The notes under the pieces were generated by a model. It was not told the DNA's origin and did no database searches. It worked only from the letters and a program-made list of their open reading frames with translations. Below are positions 14,183 through 27,454 of a stretch of 64,000 nt of DNA, in pieces. A program made the position numbers and the translations under genes. The stretch's first letter is position 1. Every line of letters begins with the position of its first letter. This DNA is from Octopus sinensis (taxonomy: Eukaryota): positions 29,946,001 to 30,010,000 of the forward strand of contig NC_043002.1 of assembly GCF_006345805.1 (NCBI RefSeq), given 5' to 3'.

Positions 14183-14575
14183 GTGAAGGCGTGGCTGCAC
14201 GGTAAGTTGCTTGCTTACCAGCCACATGGTTCCGGGTTCAGTCCCACTGCGTGAAACCTTCGGCAAGTGTCGTTCACTATAGCCTCGCGCTAATCAAAGC
14301 CTTGTGAGTGGATTTGATTTGACGGAAACTGAAAGAAGGCTATCATATATATATGTGTGTGTGTGTGTGTTTGTGTGTTTGTGATTGTACCCCCACCATC
14401 GCTTGATAATCGATGTTCGTGTGTTTACGTCCTCGTAACATAGCGGATCGGCAAAAGAGACCGATAGGATAAGAACTAGGATTACAAACAATAATTCCTG
14501 GGGTCGACATGTTCGACTAAAAGCTGTACTCCAGCATGGCCACAGCCAAATGACTGAAACAAATAAAATAATAAA
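14181..14575 (+). mobile_element. SINE family A, full length, diverged
   Basis: Homology to 4818-5231 along its whole length. Confidence 0.85.
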
Positions 14576-14788
14576 ATTATATATACTTATGTCTGTGGTA
14601 TAGAACACCATCAAATGTCATACTCCCTTGACAGGGTTTCGTTCCAAACATCGTGTAATTTTTCGGCAGTTGCATGTTTAATGCATGCTCAATACAGTGG
14701 CATTTCTTTCTATCGATAATGAGATCTACTTGTTTCTATGTTTGTGTAAAAATGCGCGCGCACGTACACACACACACGCGCGCGCGCG

Positions 14789-14824
<36 letters not shown>

Positions 14825-15194
14825 TACATATTCATTCGTTCATATTCACACACATACATATTCATATATATGTGCTTTCGCGTGTGAGTGTTCGTATGAA
14901 TATGTAAACTACTACTTTACTCTTTTACTTGTTTCAGTCATTTGACTGTGGCCTCCGTAGAAGACCAATAGTTCCTCTTCCCCCGGGTTCGAGATAGTCA
15001 ATTCTTCCGTTGGCGGCACAATTCCCTGAACGGTGTCTTTTCCCCTGTCTGTGAACGCAACCCTTGCCGGCAAGGTTCCGGGATATTATGGTGCTATGTC
15101 ACCGACTGCCGGCAATGTCCCGTTTCTCTTTCTGTTCCTCTTTTTCTTCTCTTAACTGAGTGAAGGTGCCTCTCCTCTGTGACCAGGAGATTCC

Positions 15195-16640
15195 AAAGGA
15201 ATATTACAGATATCTGGGGTGGATGAAAATATATCTCACAATGGTGCCTGTAACAAAATACATGTCACTAATAAATATTACAGCCGAATAAGGAAATTTT
15301 GGATCTCAGAACTCTCAGCATTCAATAAAGCAGTGGCCCGAAACGTATTTGCAGTGCCAATACTCATACCAACATTTGGGCTGCTTGATTGGACGTTTGA
15401 TTAGATCCGAGTCATTGATGTGAAAACCCGAAAAATATTAACAAGTACACATAATATACACATAGACAGTGACGTAGACCGCATCTACCTAAAACGAAAT
15501 CAAGGTGGCAAAGGCTTAACATCGATCCAGAATGCTTTTGAATGTTGTATCATATTCCTTCGGCAACATCTGTTAACTACCATGTGTCGAAGTGCATCCC
15601 TCGTCCAAGTTTGCATACATGAGGCTGATAACATCAGAAGACTTGGAAGCCAGCTCTTTGAGCAACACTCTTTGTCTGATAACCTAGAATGTATGCCCAA
15701 AGAAGTCGCACGAGTCTACCGCAATGTATCATCAGATGAAAGGCTGCGCCTATATGAGTGGAAGATTATGCCTGGATATGTTAGTAGAAAGCTCTGTGGT
15801 AATAGTAACATCGATCATCAAAGCAGTTTATCATGGACCAATAACCGGATTACTATCCCCCAATTTGAAGTGTATGCGTTTGCAATTCAAGAACAGGAAA
15901 TATGAACAATGTACTTGATGCACAAAAGCGGTAGAGATGCAGGAAAAGCCATAAAATGCGACAACCGATGCAGAATTTGTGGAATTCACACTAAGAATAT
16001 CACCCACATTATCAGCAGTTGTCCGAAAATGTCATCATGGTATTATCTACTGCTGAGACATGATATTGTAGCTAGGACACTCTACAATGAAATCCGTTGG
16101 AAGGATAATCCCGAGGACAAAGAAATAAGAACACACAATATAGTAAAAGCCATTGTCACACATAATAAAAAGAAATACTGGTATAATACTGGATCACAAT
16201 AGAATGTAAGCACAATAGACCTGATATAATGATTTGGGATAGAGAAGAGAAACTGTGTACAGTTGGGGAAATTATCTGCCCAGCGGATGTTAACGTAAAG
16301 CTGAAGATCAGTGAAAGAGAACTATTGAGAAATTTGCAGTTACTCCATCCAGATTACAAGTTCAAGTTTATACCTGTAATTATTGGGGATATGGAACACA
16401 CTGGGATATGTAACACACTGCATAAATACCAATTTTGAGAAATTAAGTTTTTCAAAATTAGAAAAGAGAAAGTTAATTTGAAGGCAACACCTCCAATCCA
16501 TCATTGGAACTATAAAAATCTGTAAAACTTTCCAGATGTTTATGATTTAAATATATATGAGCATATTTAGATATGCATCTATATGCATGAGAATATATAC
16601 ATAAAGCATACAAATCTACACATACCTGCATATTTACCTA
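15195..16640 (+). pseudogene. Decayed 3' half of a Dong/R4-like non-LTR retrotransposon (post-RT region, CCHC finger, RLE)
   Basis: KFWISELSAFNKAV..VFAVPILIPTFG, IDVKTRKIL..DVDRIYLKRNQGGKGL, CRICG..NITHIISSC..RHDIVA, RPDIMIWDREEK, KFIPVIIG. Multiple stops and frameshifts. Confidence 0.85.
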
Positions 16641-16832
16641 CCTACCTATCTACCTATTGTTTACCGTTAACATGAAAAATTCAGTAAACAGTTAGCAGAG
16701 TAGCAAATTTCACGCGAGTAACAAGTATGTAGAGACCTATTGAAAGATAGAAACTCCGGGTTAATGAGCAGTAATTTGTGTAGTATAAGTAAATAAATGG
16801 AGTTGAACGCAGATGCTATTCAAATACTTTTA

Positions 16833-16911
16833 CTTTCGAAATATGTTTCGAAGACAGCATTGGTTTTATTCCAAAGGAATGATGTAAGATGCAATCTTCT
16901 CATCAGGAAAG
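16833..16911 (-). ncRNA. Type I HHR, sister arm: canonical CUGAUGA core, cleavage triplet changed to UUC
   Basis: Minus strand reads CTTTC-CTGATGA-GAAGA...TCTTC-GAAAC-ATAT-TTC-GAAAG. Confidence 0.6.
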
Positions 16912-17027
16912 AAAGACAGCCTATCTCAACAACAAGACATTATAACAATTTTGATGACTGCATAAACGATAAACAGAACGTCATTTAGTATCTGTTAGCA
17001 GATTCGACATTGAGATAGGCTCTCTTT

Positions 17028-17110
17028 CTTTCTTGATAAGAAGTTTGCAATTTGCACCGTTTATTCCTTTGGAATAAAAACAATGCTGTCTTTGAAACAT
17101 ATGTCGAAAG
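17028..17110 (+). ncRNA. Type I HHR with extended stem II and a UUGAUAA (C3U/G8A) core
   Basis: CTTTC-TTGATAA-GAAG...TCTTT-GAAAC-ATAT-GTC-GAAAG. Stem I is CTTTC/GAAAG. Confidence 0.65.
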
Positions 17111-17223
17111 TAAAGAATTTATATCATCTGCGTTCAACTCCATTTATTTACTTATATATATATATATATATAGATATATATATATATATATATAATATAT
17201 ATATATATATATGTAGGTGTGTG

Positions 17224-17261
<38 letters not shown>

Positions 17262-17267
17262 TGTGTA

Positions 17268-17298
<31 letters not shown>

Positions 17299-17382
17299 TA
17301 TGTATATATATAAATACATAAACACGCTTTAAACATCAGGAGTCTTCCAACAGAAATCTTAAACATAATCATATATATGAGA

Positions 17383-17765
17383 GATCGTTAGCTACTACAC
17401 ACATTTTTTTCTCTCCTTGTTTCTCTCCTTGTTTTTATCTGTGTATCTTTCTGCAGAAGAGCGTAGGCTCGAAACGTAAAAGACTTTTTCTATTCCTGAG
17501 CGCTATACTAATACATCTGTTTGTTTGTACACCACCTGCCTTCGTGTTTTGTTTATTTTCGCAAACTTTCCCTTTATATATATATAGGGAGAATTCACGA
17601 AAAAAACAAAAGAGGAAGATAGGTGGTGTAGACAACAACAAACAGATGTATTAGTATAACGCTCGGGAATTGAAAAAGTCCTTTACGTTTCGAGCCTACG
17701 CTCTTCCACAGAAGGAACACAGAAAGAAACAAGGGGAGAAAAAATGTGTGTAGTGGCTACCGATC
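17383..17765. mobile_element. Foldback H3: two convergent HHR-bearing arms centred on (TA)n
   Basis: Inverted homology of about 190 bp on each side of ccctttatatatatataggga. Confidence 0.85.
17446..17483 (+). ncRNA. Minimal type I HHR variant (CUGCAGA core)
   Basis: TCTTT-CTGCAGA-A-GAGC(gtag)GCTC-GAAAC-GTA-AAAGA. The partner on the minus strand at 17679-17716 has a CTGTGGA core and a TCCTT/AAGGA stem. Confidence 0.65.
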
Positions 17766-17793
17766 TTTCATGGCGAATCATATATATACATAC

Positions 17794-17855
<62 letters not shown>

Positions 17856-18409
17856 TAAGGTAAAATTAGTTAATTATTAATTAATTTCACCAAGTAGTGT
17901 TCAGTATGTAAAAGGACCATTCAAGGCGTATTGAAAATATTACGTTATATAATTAGGGCTCAGTAAAATAATTTACTTTGCCACATACTGAAATTTTTAG
18001 AAATAGCAGCCAAAAAGTTTTTTTAGCCATTTCTACTACTTTAAGAAAAGTCTCCCAGATAGTGTTTACTCAAAAATAATTCACGTAGATATGGAGGGAA
18101 AACAGCAAAATATCACATGTACAAAGATTATTTGAGAACCCTTACGTTTCTAGATTATAAATACAATCCGTGGAACAGTAAAAAAAAATGCAAAACATTT
18201 TTTTCAGATTTAAAATGGACCGTTGTTTATGTTATTTACGTTCCAACGATGGAACTTTGTGTCGTTGTTAGAAGCTAGTACCTCACTCAGAAGAAACATC
18301 TAAACAATTAAAAACAGAGAATGTACTTACAAAGATACATGCACAGACATACATACTGGTCGATGCGTTGTGTTCAATGCAATGCCACAAGACCACCAAT
18401 TTTTGACGA

Positions 18410-18880
18410 GGGGGTAAGTCGATGACACCGACACTCGAGTTCAACTGTTACTTATTTTGTTGATCCAGGAAACATAAAAAGTAAAGTCAGCCTCGGCGGA
18501 ATTTGAACTCAGAATATAAAGACGGGCGAAATACTGCTATTACCGATGCGGTAACGATTCTTATTTCTTTATTGCCCACAAGGGGTTAAACATAGAGGGG
18601 ACAAAGACAGACAAAGAGATTAATCGATTATATTGACCCCAATGCATAACTGGTACTTATTTAATCGACCTCGAAAAGATGAAAGGCAAAGTCGACCTCG
18701 GCGGAATTTGAACTCAGAACGTAGCGGCAGACGAAATACCTATTTCTTTACTAGCCACAAGGGGCTAAACACAGAGAGGACAAACGAAATACGGCTACGC
18801 ATTTCGCCCCGCGTGCTAACGTTTCTGCCACCTCGCCGCCTTCGATGCGGTAACGATTCTGCTAGCTTGCTGCCTTCCAA
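18410..18880 (-). mobile_element. Older SINE family B copy interrupted by a younger family B copy (18562-18842)
   Basis: An 18-bp duplication cgatgcggtaacgattct lies at 18544-18561 and 18843-18860. Confidence 0.85.
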
Positions 18881-19386
18881 AAATGTGAATATTAACAGAA
18901 TTCTTTGGTAAAATACTGTAGTTCATCAGGATGGAAATAACAGCTAATGCGGCAATAGGACATCATATTTAGTAGTTATCAACGATTACTAAACAGAGAA
19001 AGACAATCTTATTAAAACCTGAACAAAAACGTTAAAAAAACAAATTACTAAGATTTTAATATAATATTGCCCATTATGACGATGCAGGTATTTCAGATGG
19101 TGATACTTACAACTATAATGGCAATAACATCATTAAATGAAAATAAAATGCTTAAGTAGAAAATACAATTAGAAATATTTTTAGCGATGCACATATGATC
19201 GTAAGAGAGTAACATTGAGGAGAGAGCAGGATTAAATAGAGAAGGGAAGTAATCAAATTGATTTGCCCATTTTCAGTGTTTTCTTTTTTTATTATGTTCC
19301 GTTTTGACGTAAGCCAGAAAGCAACAGCAAATTGTATGCTAAAACCAAACGAAGAGTAACCAAACAAGTTCACTTCTACGACTCCT

Positions 19387-19467
<81 letters not shown>

Positions 19468-19919
19468 AATCAATCAATCTGTCTTCTGTCTGTCTCTCGA
19501 CATATTTACTCTCTCCGTTCCACTAAGGTAGCCCCACAGGTTCACGTATCATCGCTATTCTGCAAAAGCTATTTCTCGGAGGTTTCCCATCATTGCAAGG
19601 CTTCCATTACAGTTTTAGCTAACGCTGATTAGAACTTAACCCCTCAGGCATAAATTCACACCGGGGTTTACATTCATTAAGTTTCAAGATCGTTTTATTA
19701 GCCTATTACCGCCGGCGAAAAAAGTATACTGCATACGTGTGTGTGTGTATCTGTGTGTGCGTTGCTTACGTGTGTTTGTTAGTGTATATATATATATATA
19801 TATATATGATCCTCATTTTTTGGTTGGTGACAGAAAATTTTCCAACCACCCCGTACATCACCATTCACGTCTGTTAGGTTCAGCCACTTCGATCCTCTCT
19901 CCTGTCATTTTTGTTTGTT

Positions 19920-20420
<501 letters not shown>

Positions 20421-20689
20421 TAGAAATATGTACATACACCAACATGTATACATATATATACGTACAATATATATACGCATACAACCACACTCAGCCCACA
20501 AGCAAATATATCGCACACGCACACACTCACACACACATTTGTCACGTCCTATCATTTCATTGGTGGGGTTAATATCACATGGGCTTTTAGGTTTCCTCCC
20601 ATCAATAATATCATATAAAGTACACTTATTGCTAACATCACGAAACTATAACGATGGCAACAATGGCTTTAACAACCACAACAGCAAGA

Positions 20690-20709
20690 AACTCTGCTAC
20701 TACTGCTGT

Positions 20710-20768
<59 letters not shown>

Positions 20769-20810
20769 TTACTACTACTACTACTACTACTATTACTACT
20801 ACTGCTACTG

Positions 20811-20909
<99 letters not shown>

Positions 20910-20910
20910 A
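20690..20910. repeat. (TAC)n/(CAC)n trinucleotide array
   Basis: Direct reading of the sequence. Confidence 0.95.
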
Positions 20911-21410
20911 ACAAACCGTAGCAGGTACATTATTATCTATATCTTTTCAAACGTAACGAACATCATTGCCACCTCTTTACCCACTAACTCCCACGCTACA
21001 ATCATTAGTAGAACACTCTTAATATATATATGTATGTATGTTTGTATGTATATATGTATGTATATGTATATATGCATGTATTTATGTATCTGTGGTGTGC
21101 GTGCGCACCTGCTTGTGATTGTATGCATAGATATATATACGTATATAAGTATATGTATATATTACATACACATGTATACATATATCTATATGTATATACA
21201 TATATGCATACGTATCTATGTATGTATATATATAGGGGGTGTACTCGCATAGCAAGTGATTTGATCTTAGATCGTGTGCTGTTTCTTAAATGGCTTACAA
21301 ACACCTTCCACGCTGCAATTGTTATGTATATATATATATGTATCAACACTCTGCATCACAAGAAATAGTTTTTCGCTTCCTGAGAAGAACCATGAGACAA
21401 GCGTAGACAG

Positions 21411-21813
21411 GGCGCAGGAGTTGCTGTTTGGTAAGTAGCTTGCTTACCAACCACATGGTTCCGGGTTCATTCCCACTGCGTGGCATCTTGGGTGAGAGTC
21501 TTCTACTATAGCCTCGGGCCGACCAAAGCCTTGTGAGTGGATTTGCTCGACAGAAACTGAAAGAAGCCCGTCGTGTATATGTATATATATATATTTATGC
21601 GTGTATATATGTTTGTTTGTCTGTGTTTGTCTCTCCAAATTTGCTTGACAACCGATTGTGGTGTATTTACATCCTCGTCACTTAGCGGTTCGGCAAAAGT
21701 GACCGAGAGAATAAGTACTAAGCTTACAAAGAATAAGTCCTGCTGCCTATTTGCTCGATTAAAGGTGGTGCTACAGCATGGCCACAGTCAAATGACTGAA
21801 ACAAGTAACAGAG
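21411..21813 (+). mobile_element. SINE family A, full length
   Basis: Head ggcgcaggagttgctgtttggtaag through tail gactgaaacaagtaacagag. Confidence 0.9.
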
Positions 21814-22144
21814 TTACTTTAAACATGTATTACAATCGCATTTGTTCGCAAAAGTAGAACTACGATATTATACTTGAAAAAACGTTGATGAAAAATAATT
21901 AGGATCAAAATAATAAGTCGGTACCCAATGGCTAACGAACTGAAATATTTACGTTCTGAAGCCAGAAAAAAAAACTTCAAAAGAAGATTACACACGGAAA
22001 ATACAAGTAACGAACTGCAGACCATGAGAATTAAAACTGATTCAACACGTTCATAACTAATGAAATATATATCAAAACATAACTAGGCCTGAATACAAAA
22101 CGATAATAACTGAAAAACCAACACACACACATACGCGTAGACAA

Positions 22145-22377
22145 GGAGGGGGTGAAGGAGGAGGAGGAGGAGGAGGAGGAAGAAGAAGAAGAAGAAGAAG
22201 AAGAAGAAGAAGAAGAAGAAGAAGATAAGAAGAAGAAGATAAGAAGAAGAAGATGATGATGATGATGATGATGAAGAAGAAGAAGAAGAAGAAGAAGATA
22301 AGAAGAAGAAGAAGAAGAAGATAAGAAGAAGAAGAAGAAGAAGATAAGAAGATGATGGTGATGAGGATGATGATGAT

Positions 22378-22415
<38 letters not shown>

Positions 22416-22550
22416 AAGGAGAAGAAGAAGAAGAAGAAGAAGAAGAAGAAGAAAAAAAGAGAAAAAAGAAGAAGAAGAAGAAGAAGAAGAAGAAGAAGAA
22501 GAAGAAGAAGAAAAGAAGAAGAAGAAGAATATTATTATTATTATTATTAT
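22145..22550. repeat. Purine-rich (GGA)(GAA)(GAT) compound microsatellite
   Basis: Direct reading of the sequence. Confidence 0.95.
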
Positions 22551-23796
22551 TCAAGAGTTGAAATTTCTGAGGATGAAAATTATGGACAAATCAATCTACT
22601 GATGGAACTAATTAACGAATTAAAATCAGATCTTTGTATGGACGTTCGATATTACTTCCCATGGGTAAGATTTATCACTAAATTAATAACACAACCCTCA
22701 CCTGCACAGAATTAATGAATTAGAAACGAACATCATGACCACTAGGTTAATCGAAATGGAATAGTCATCGAAAATCTTTCTGTTCGAAAGGGATGTGGGT
22801 ACTCATCCATATCTACTCATATAAGCATATCAAAACACAAGGAAGGTACGTCGGAGACGATGAAAGATTGAAAGAAAGAAATACATGAAAAGTTCATACA
22901 GTTCTTAGCAAAAAATTTTAACGGAACAACAATACTGGATAAAGGTGGAGCGGTAAATACTGTAGAAAGATACATAACAAAGAAATATCTGAAATCAAAT
23001 GACACCTGAAATGGGAAATACACAATCAATCGCAAACAATCTGTTAGTATGAATACATTGACAACAGTTATCTTCAAGTAGAAGAGACAGTTCGATATCA
23101 ATCCTAACAACTGAATAGAAATCAATGCAGTACCAACAACAAAAAGAATTCTAAAGCGGACTATAGGAGGCAAAGATATTGCCATGAATGTAATTATCCA
23201 AAACAAAGACAACAGCACCTGAGCCGTCGTGGGCGGCGATTAGAGTAGAAGAAGCAAACCAGTCGCTACAAAGTATAAAGAACAGGACATGAGGAGATTG
23301 TAAATTTGTAGTTAAAGTATTTAAGAAGGGCGTGGAAAAAGCATGCAACGACGTTTGACCCTTTTGATACCAGACCAAATAGAGATCATCCTTGGTTTTA
23401 TAATACAAACTTCGTATTTTAAGGTGCTCTAAGTTAAAATATTTTCAATAAAATTTCATGTTCATTTATGTTCCGAACACTGGGTTAATAATGACAATTA
23501 TTTTTGCTAAATACTCCGTAATTTTCAAAATTAATTGAAACAAAGATAGCGTGTTACAACAGAAATACAGTAACAAATAACATGATGTCAATGAGATACT
23601 GATGTTGTTGGAGACAACGGCTGACTAGCTCAATTAGGGAAAACATTATCTTAATTTCCAATCCAAATATGTCTTTAAAAACTACGTACTTATAATATAT
23701 CTTTCAACAGCTTATAGTCTTAACTACGTTATATCGTAGGAAATAAATAAAAAACTTGTGACAAAACAGCCTATTTCCAAGAAATAGAAGATATAC

Positions 23797-23956
23797 TCTG
23801 TTGTGTCTGGGGAGAGTCATTTTCTTCTTGTGCCTTATAATGTAACACACTCACCGGTAAAATTTTCACTTAAAAAAAAAAGTGGAAATTTTACCGGTGA
23901 GTGTGTTACACTATAAGGCACAAAAAGAAAATGACTCTCCCCAAACACAACAGAAC
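23797..23956. repeat. Near-perfect foldback with arms of about 76 bp and an A6 loop
   Basis: ctctgttgtgtctggggagagtc..ccggtaaaattttcactt pairs with aagtggaaattttaccgg..gactctcccaaacacaacaga. Confidence 0.9.
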
Positions 23957-24567
23957 ATGCTTCAACACACGAACTCATATAAAGAATCTTGCAAACCAAA
24001 TCCCAAAACGAAAGAAGATATACTACAAAACAAAGTTTACGGCTGTAAATTGCTATTCTCATTAATGAAAATATAATCAAAAATTGTAAAATTAGAACGA
24101 AGAAGCTGCAAAAGATATGGATTGTCTACCAGATGGTCACTTTATTTATTCAGTTATTCATGTTAGTTATTTATTTATATTATTTATATATGAATTTGGC
24201 CAATATTGACCCGAAATGAATACTAAAATAGTTAGTCATGATGAATGTCATGGTTGTAATGGTAATAAGATCCATTAAAACGTCATGTTTAAATGGTAAA
24301 CAATTATGCAGATACAGCCAGAGGAACGAAAAACTAATCTCAGTTTGAACAAAAAAAAGTCCAGTGAAAAGCATTTTCATATTCTTATCCTGTCCTACGA
24401 AAACAAGAATAACCAACATGTTTAAAGCAGACTGAACTTACATACATTGACGACCTCAAGTTTTATGCTATTAAGAGAAAGTAAGTAAAAATGCTGCTAC
24501 AGATAATGTATAGAATTACTATGGTATATACGAATTGATATGGTATCCAGATCGTTGCAGCTTTTGG

Positions 24568-24603
<36 letters not shown>

Positions 24604-24627
24604 TAATAATAATAATAATAATGATAA

Positions 24628-24847
24628 TGGCTTCAATTTTTGCCACAAGGTCAGCATTTTGGGTGGGTGGGGGACGAGTCGATTACATCGACTCCTATGT
24701 TGAATTGGTACTTATTATGTCGATCTCCAAAAAAGATGAAATGTAAAGTCGATCTCGGCGAAATATTAGGTCAAAACGTAGCGACGGGTGAAATACCGTT
24801 TAGCATTTCGTCCGGTGCGCTAACGATTCCGCCGGCTCACCACCTTA
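24628..24847 (-). mobile_element. SINE family B, monomer
   Basis: Minus-strand head taaggtggtgagccggcggaatcgttagc and core cttttttggagatcgacataataagtacc. Confidence 0.8.
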
Positions 24848-24875
24848 AGTTGACCTCGACGGAATTTGAAGTCAG

Positions 24876-24957
<82 letters not shown>

Positions 24958-24967
24958 AATAATGATG

Positions 24968-25054
<87 letters not shown>

Positions 25055-25862
25055 GATTACACCGGGGGACGGATTACACCGGGGGACGTTTAAGGTGTAA
25101 GAAGGAAAATTCAGAGCTCCGAAATCTATCCACAAACATCGAAAACAAGGACATCCTATGGAGCCAAAGTTTTGCTAACAAAGAATTGGACTGTATCCGA
25201 GTAAGTAATAGTAATTGAAATTTATTACTATTTTCGAAACGAAATGATGTATTTTGACTCGATATTATCTCCACCTCTAACGCAACACATATAAACATTC
25301 ATGGAACATCACGATCATCCCCGACCTCAAACACCATGTACAAAGGAACTACGAAGAAATTAAATGCCACCGATACTATTCAACCCAAGAATAACAATCG
25401 AGCGGTACGTACCTTAAACCTACAACAAAAAATGTACGAAAAACTACACGTGCGAAATAATGTGACAACAGAAATAAACGGACCGGTACCCTACGAAAAT
25501 GACGACCGTCAAAATAATGGGCCGGACGTTGTACCTCATGTCCCGCAAATAAAACCCAAAAGACGTAAATGGACACGTGAGGAATACATTTCTATCTTAC
25601 ACGCATACTACACAGCAGTACTCTACCCCAAAAATGAAAATACAACAACACATACATATAAAATATGGAAGGAAAATAATAGAGATATAAACTTGGACAT
25701 ATATCATACAGAAAATTGCACTACTAGGCACTGCACACATCCTACGCAGAGCACTTTCCATACAATAACCATCAGAGCATCACAACAAATCACAGCACAT
25801 ACCCAAGGCACACAGAGCTGCGCTCGGTAGTGAAGTGAAAGCACGCTATAAAAATAAAACTA

Positions 25863-25865
<3 letters not shown>
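25055..25865 (+). mobile_element. Internally deleted (bipartite) Dong/R4-like element: 5' end and ORF start fused to the last ~165 bp
   Basis: KRRKWTREEYISILHAYYTA..YKIWKE is an R4/Dong-type N-terminal motif. It is joined at about 25697-25703 to the 3' end shared with 1615-1790. Both sides are (TAA)n. Confidence 0.85.
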
Positions 25866-25900
<35 letters not shown>

Positions 25901-25920
25901 CAATAACAACAATAATAATA

Positions 25921-25969
<49 letters not shown>

Positions 25970-26139
25970 CGACGACGACGACGACGACGATGATGATGAT
26001 GATGATGATGATGATGATAAATTCCAAGCTAGTTCCCTCGTTGATACAGTATATACTTTCCCTCGTTGATACAGTATATACTTTCAGTGCTGATATCAGA
26101 ACGAAGTTCGGACTGAAAAGTGTGATGTATAAAACCTGA

Positions 26140-27300
26140 AGAGAGGCAAAATCAAATGTATGGACGGGCTAGCGATACCGTCGGGAGAGGTTATAACGGG
26201 CTATACGTACTTGGGGATATTGGGAATGAATAAATGATGGACAAAGAAATGACACACAAATTTAAGGTGGAGTACTTGCGCAGACTGAGACTGAACTTTC
26301 AGTCGAAATTAAACGTATGGAATAAGATTGACACTATCAACACCTGGGCTCTTTAGAAGAAGTAATTGCAAGGGCAGTAGACGAAATGAACAGCTTAGAC
26401 AGAAAGACAAGGAGGTTGCTGATTAGATATGAGATACTCCACACAAAAAATGACACAGGCAGACTGTATGTACCAAGAAAAAGAGGGTTAAGAGGACTGA
26501 TTGTATGCAAAAACAGCATTAGAGCAGAAGAAGACAACATAGCATGATATGCAAAAAATGCCACAGAACCACTATTATTGAAGTAAGAAGGTCATGCTTG
26601 TGTAGGATGGGAGATTGCAAAGATAAAGCACTGTACAAGGACTTGAGAATGAATGAAACTGAAAATAGGTGGATAAAAAAATAACTGCATGGACAATTTC
26701 ACAAGGATGTTGAAGATGTCAGAAAGAGAAAATAGATTGCTATGGATGACTAAAAGTGATTTGAAACCGGAAACGGAGGCTCTAACCTGTGCTGCCCAAG
26801 AGCAAGCATTAAGAACCAATTACATCAAATACAGAATAGACAACACATCAGAAAGTGATAAGTGCAGAATTCGTGGACAAAATGGTGAAACCGTATGGCA
26901 TATTCCCAGTGAATGTACTCCACTAGCCCATAGAGAATATAAGAGATGTCATGACAATATAGCAAGGATCTTTCATTGGGCACTTTGCAACAAGTATGGT
27001 CTTGACAGAGCAAAAAGTGGTACGAACATATACGCAAACACATCATCGAAACTGATAATGCAACGATCCGATAGGATTCTATGATTCAGTGCTATGATTT
27101 AGGGCTTCGTATATTGAGATAGGAAACGTCGTTAGATATGAAAGGTTAGCTTGGGAAATTAAGCATTTGTGGTCAATAAAAAAGGTGACAGTAGTACTAA
27201 CAGTTGTTGGATTATTATAAGGGGAATTAAATTAGTTCACTGTTGTGAACACCTGGCACCGTAGTGCATTGCCAGCTTTAGAAGCTTTGCAATGACAATA
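26140..27300 (+). pseudogene. Decayed Dong/R4-like fragment (RT end to CCHC finger)
   Basis: YTYLGI..KFKVEYLRRLRL..NTWA, LKPETEALTCAAQEQALRTNYIKYRID..KCRI..ETVWHI.SEC..YKRCHDNIA. Confidence 0.85.
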
Positions 27301-27374
<74 letters not shown>

Positions 27375-27385
27375 TAATAATAATG

Positions 27386-27451
<66 letters not shown>

Positions 27452-27454
<3 letters not shown>

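Larger units (their letters stand above)
16783..17155. mobile_element. Foldback element H2 with an HHR in each arm
   Basis: Arms at about 16783-16930 and 17010-17155 are inverted homologs. Confidence 0.85.

Noticed and set aside
22600-23280. Possible decayed transposon ORF
   Set aside because: No motif was strong enough to assign a family.
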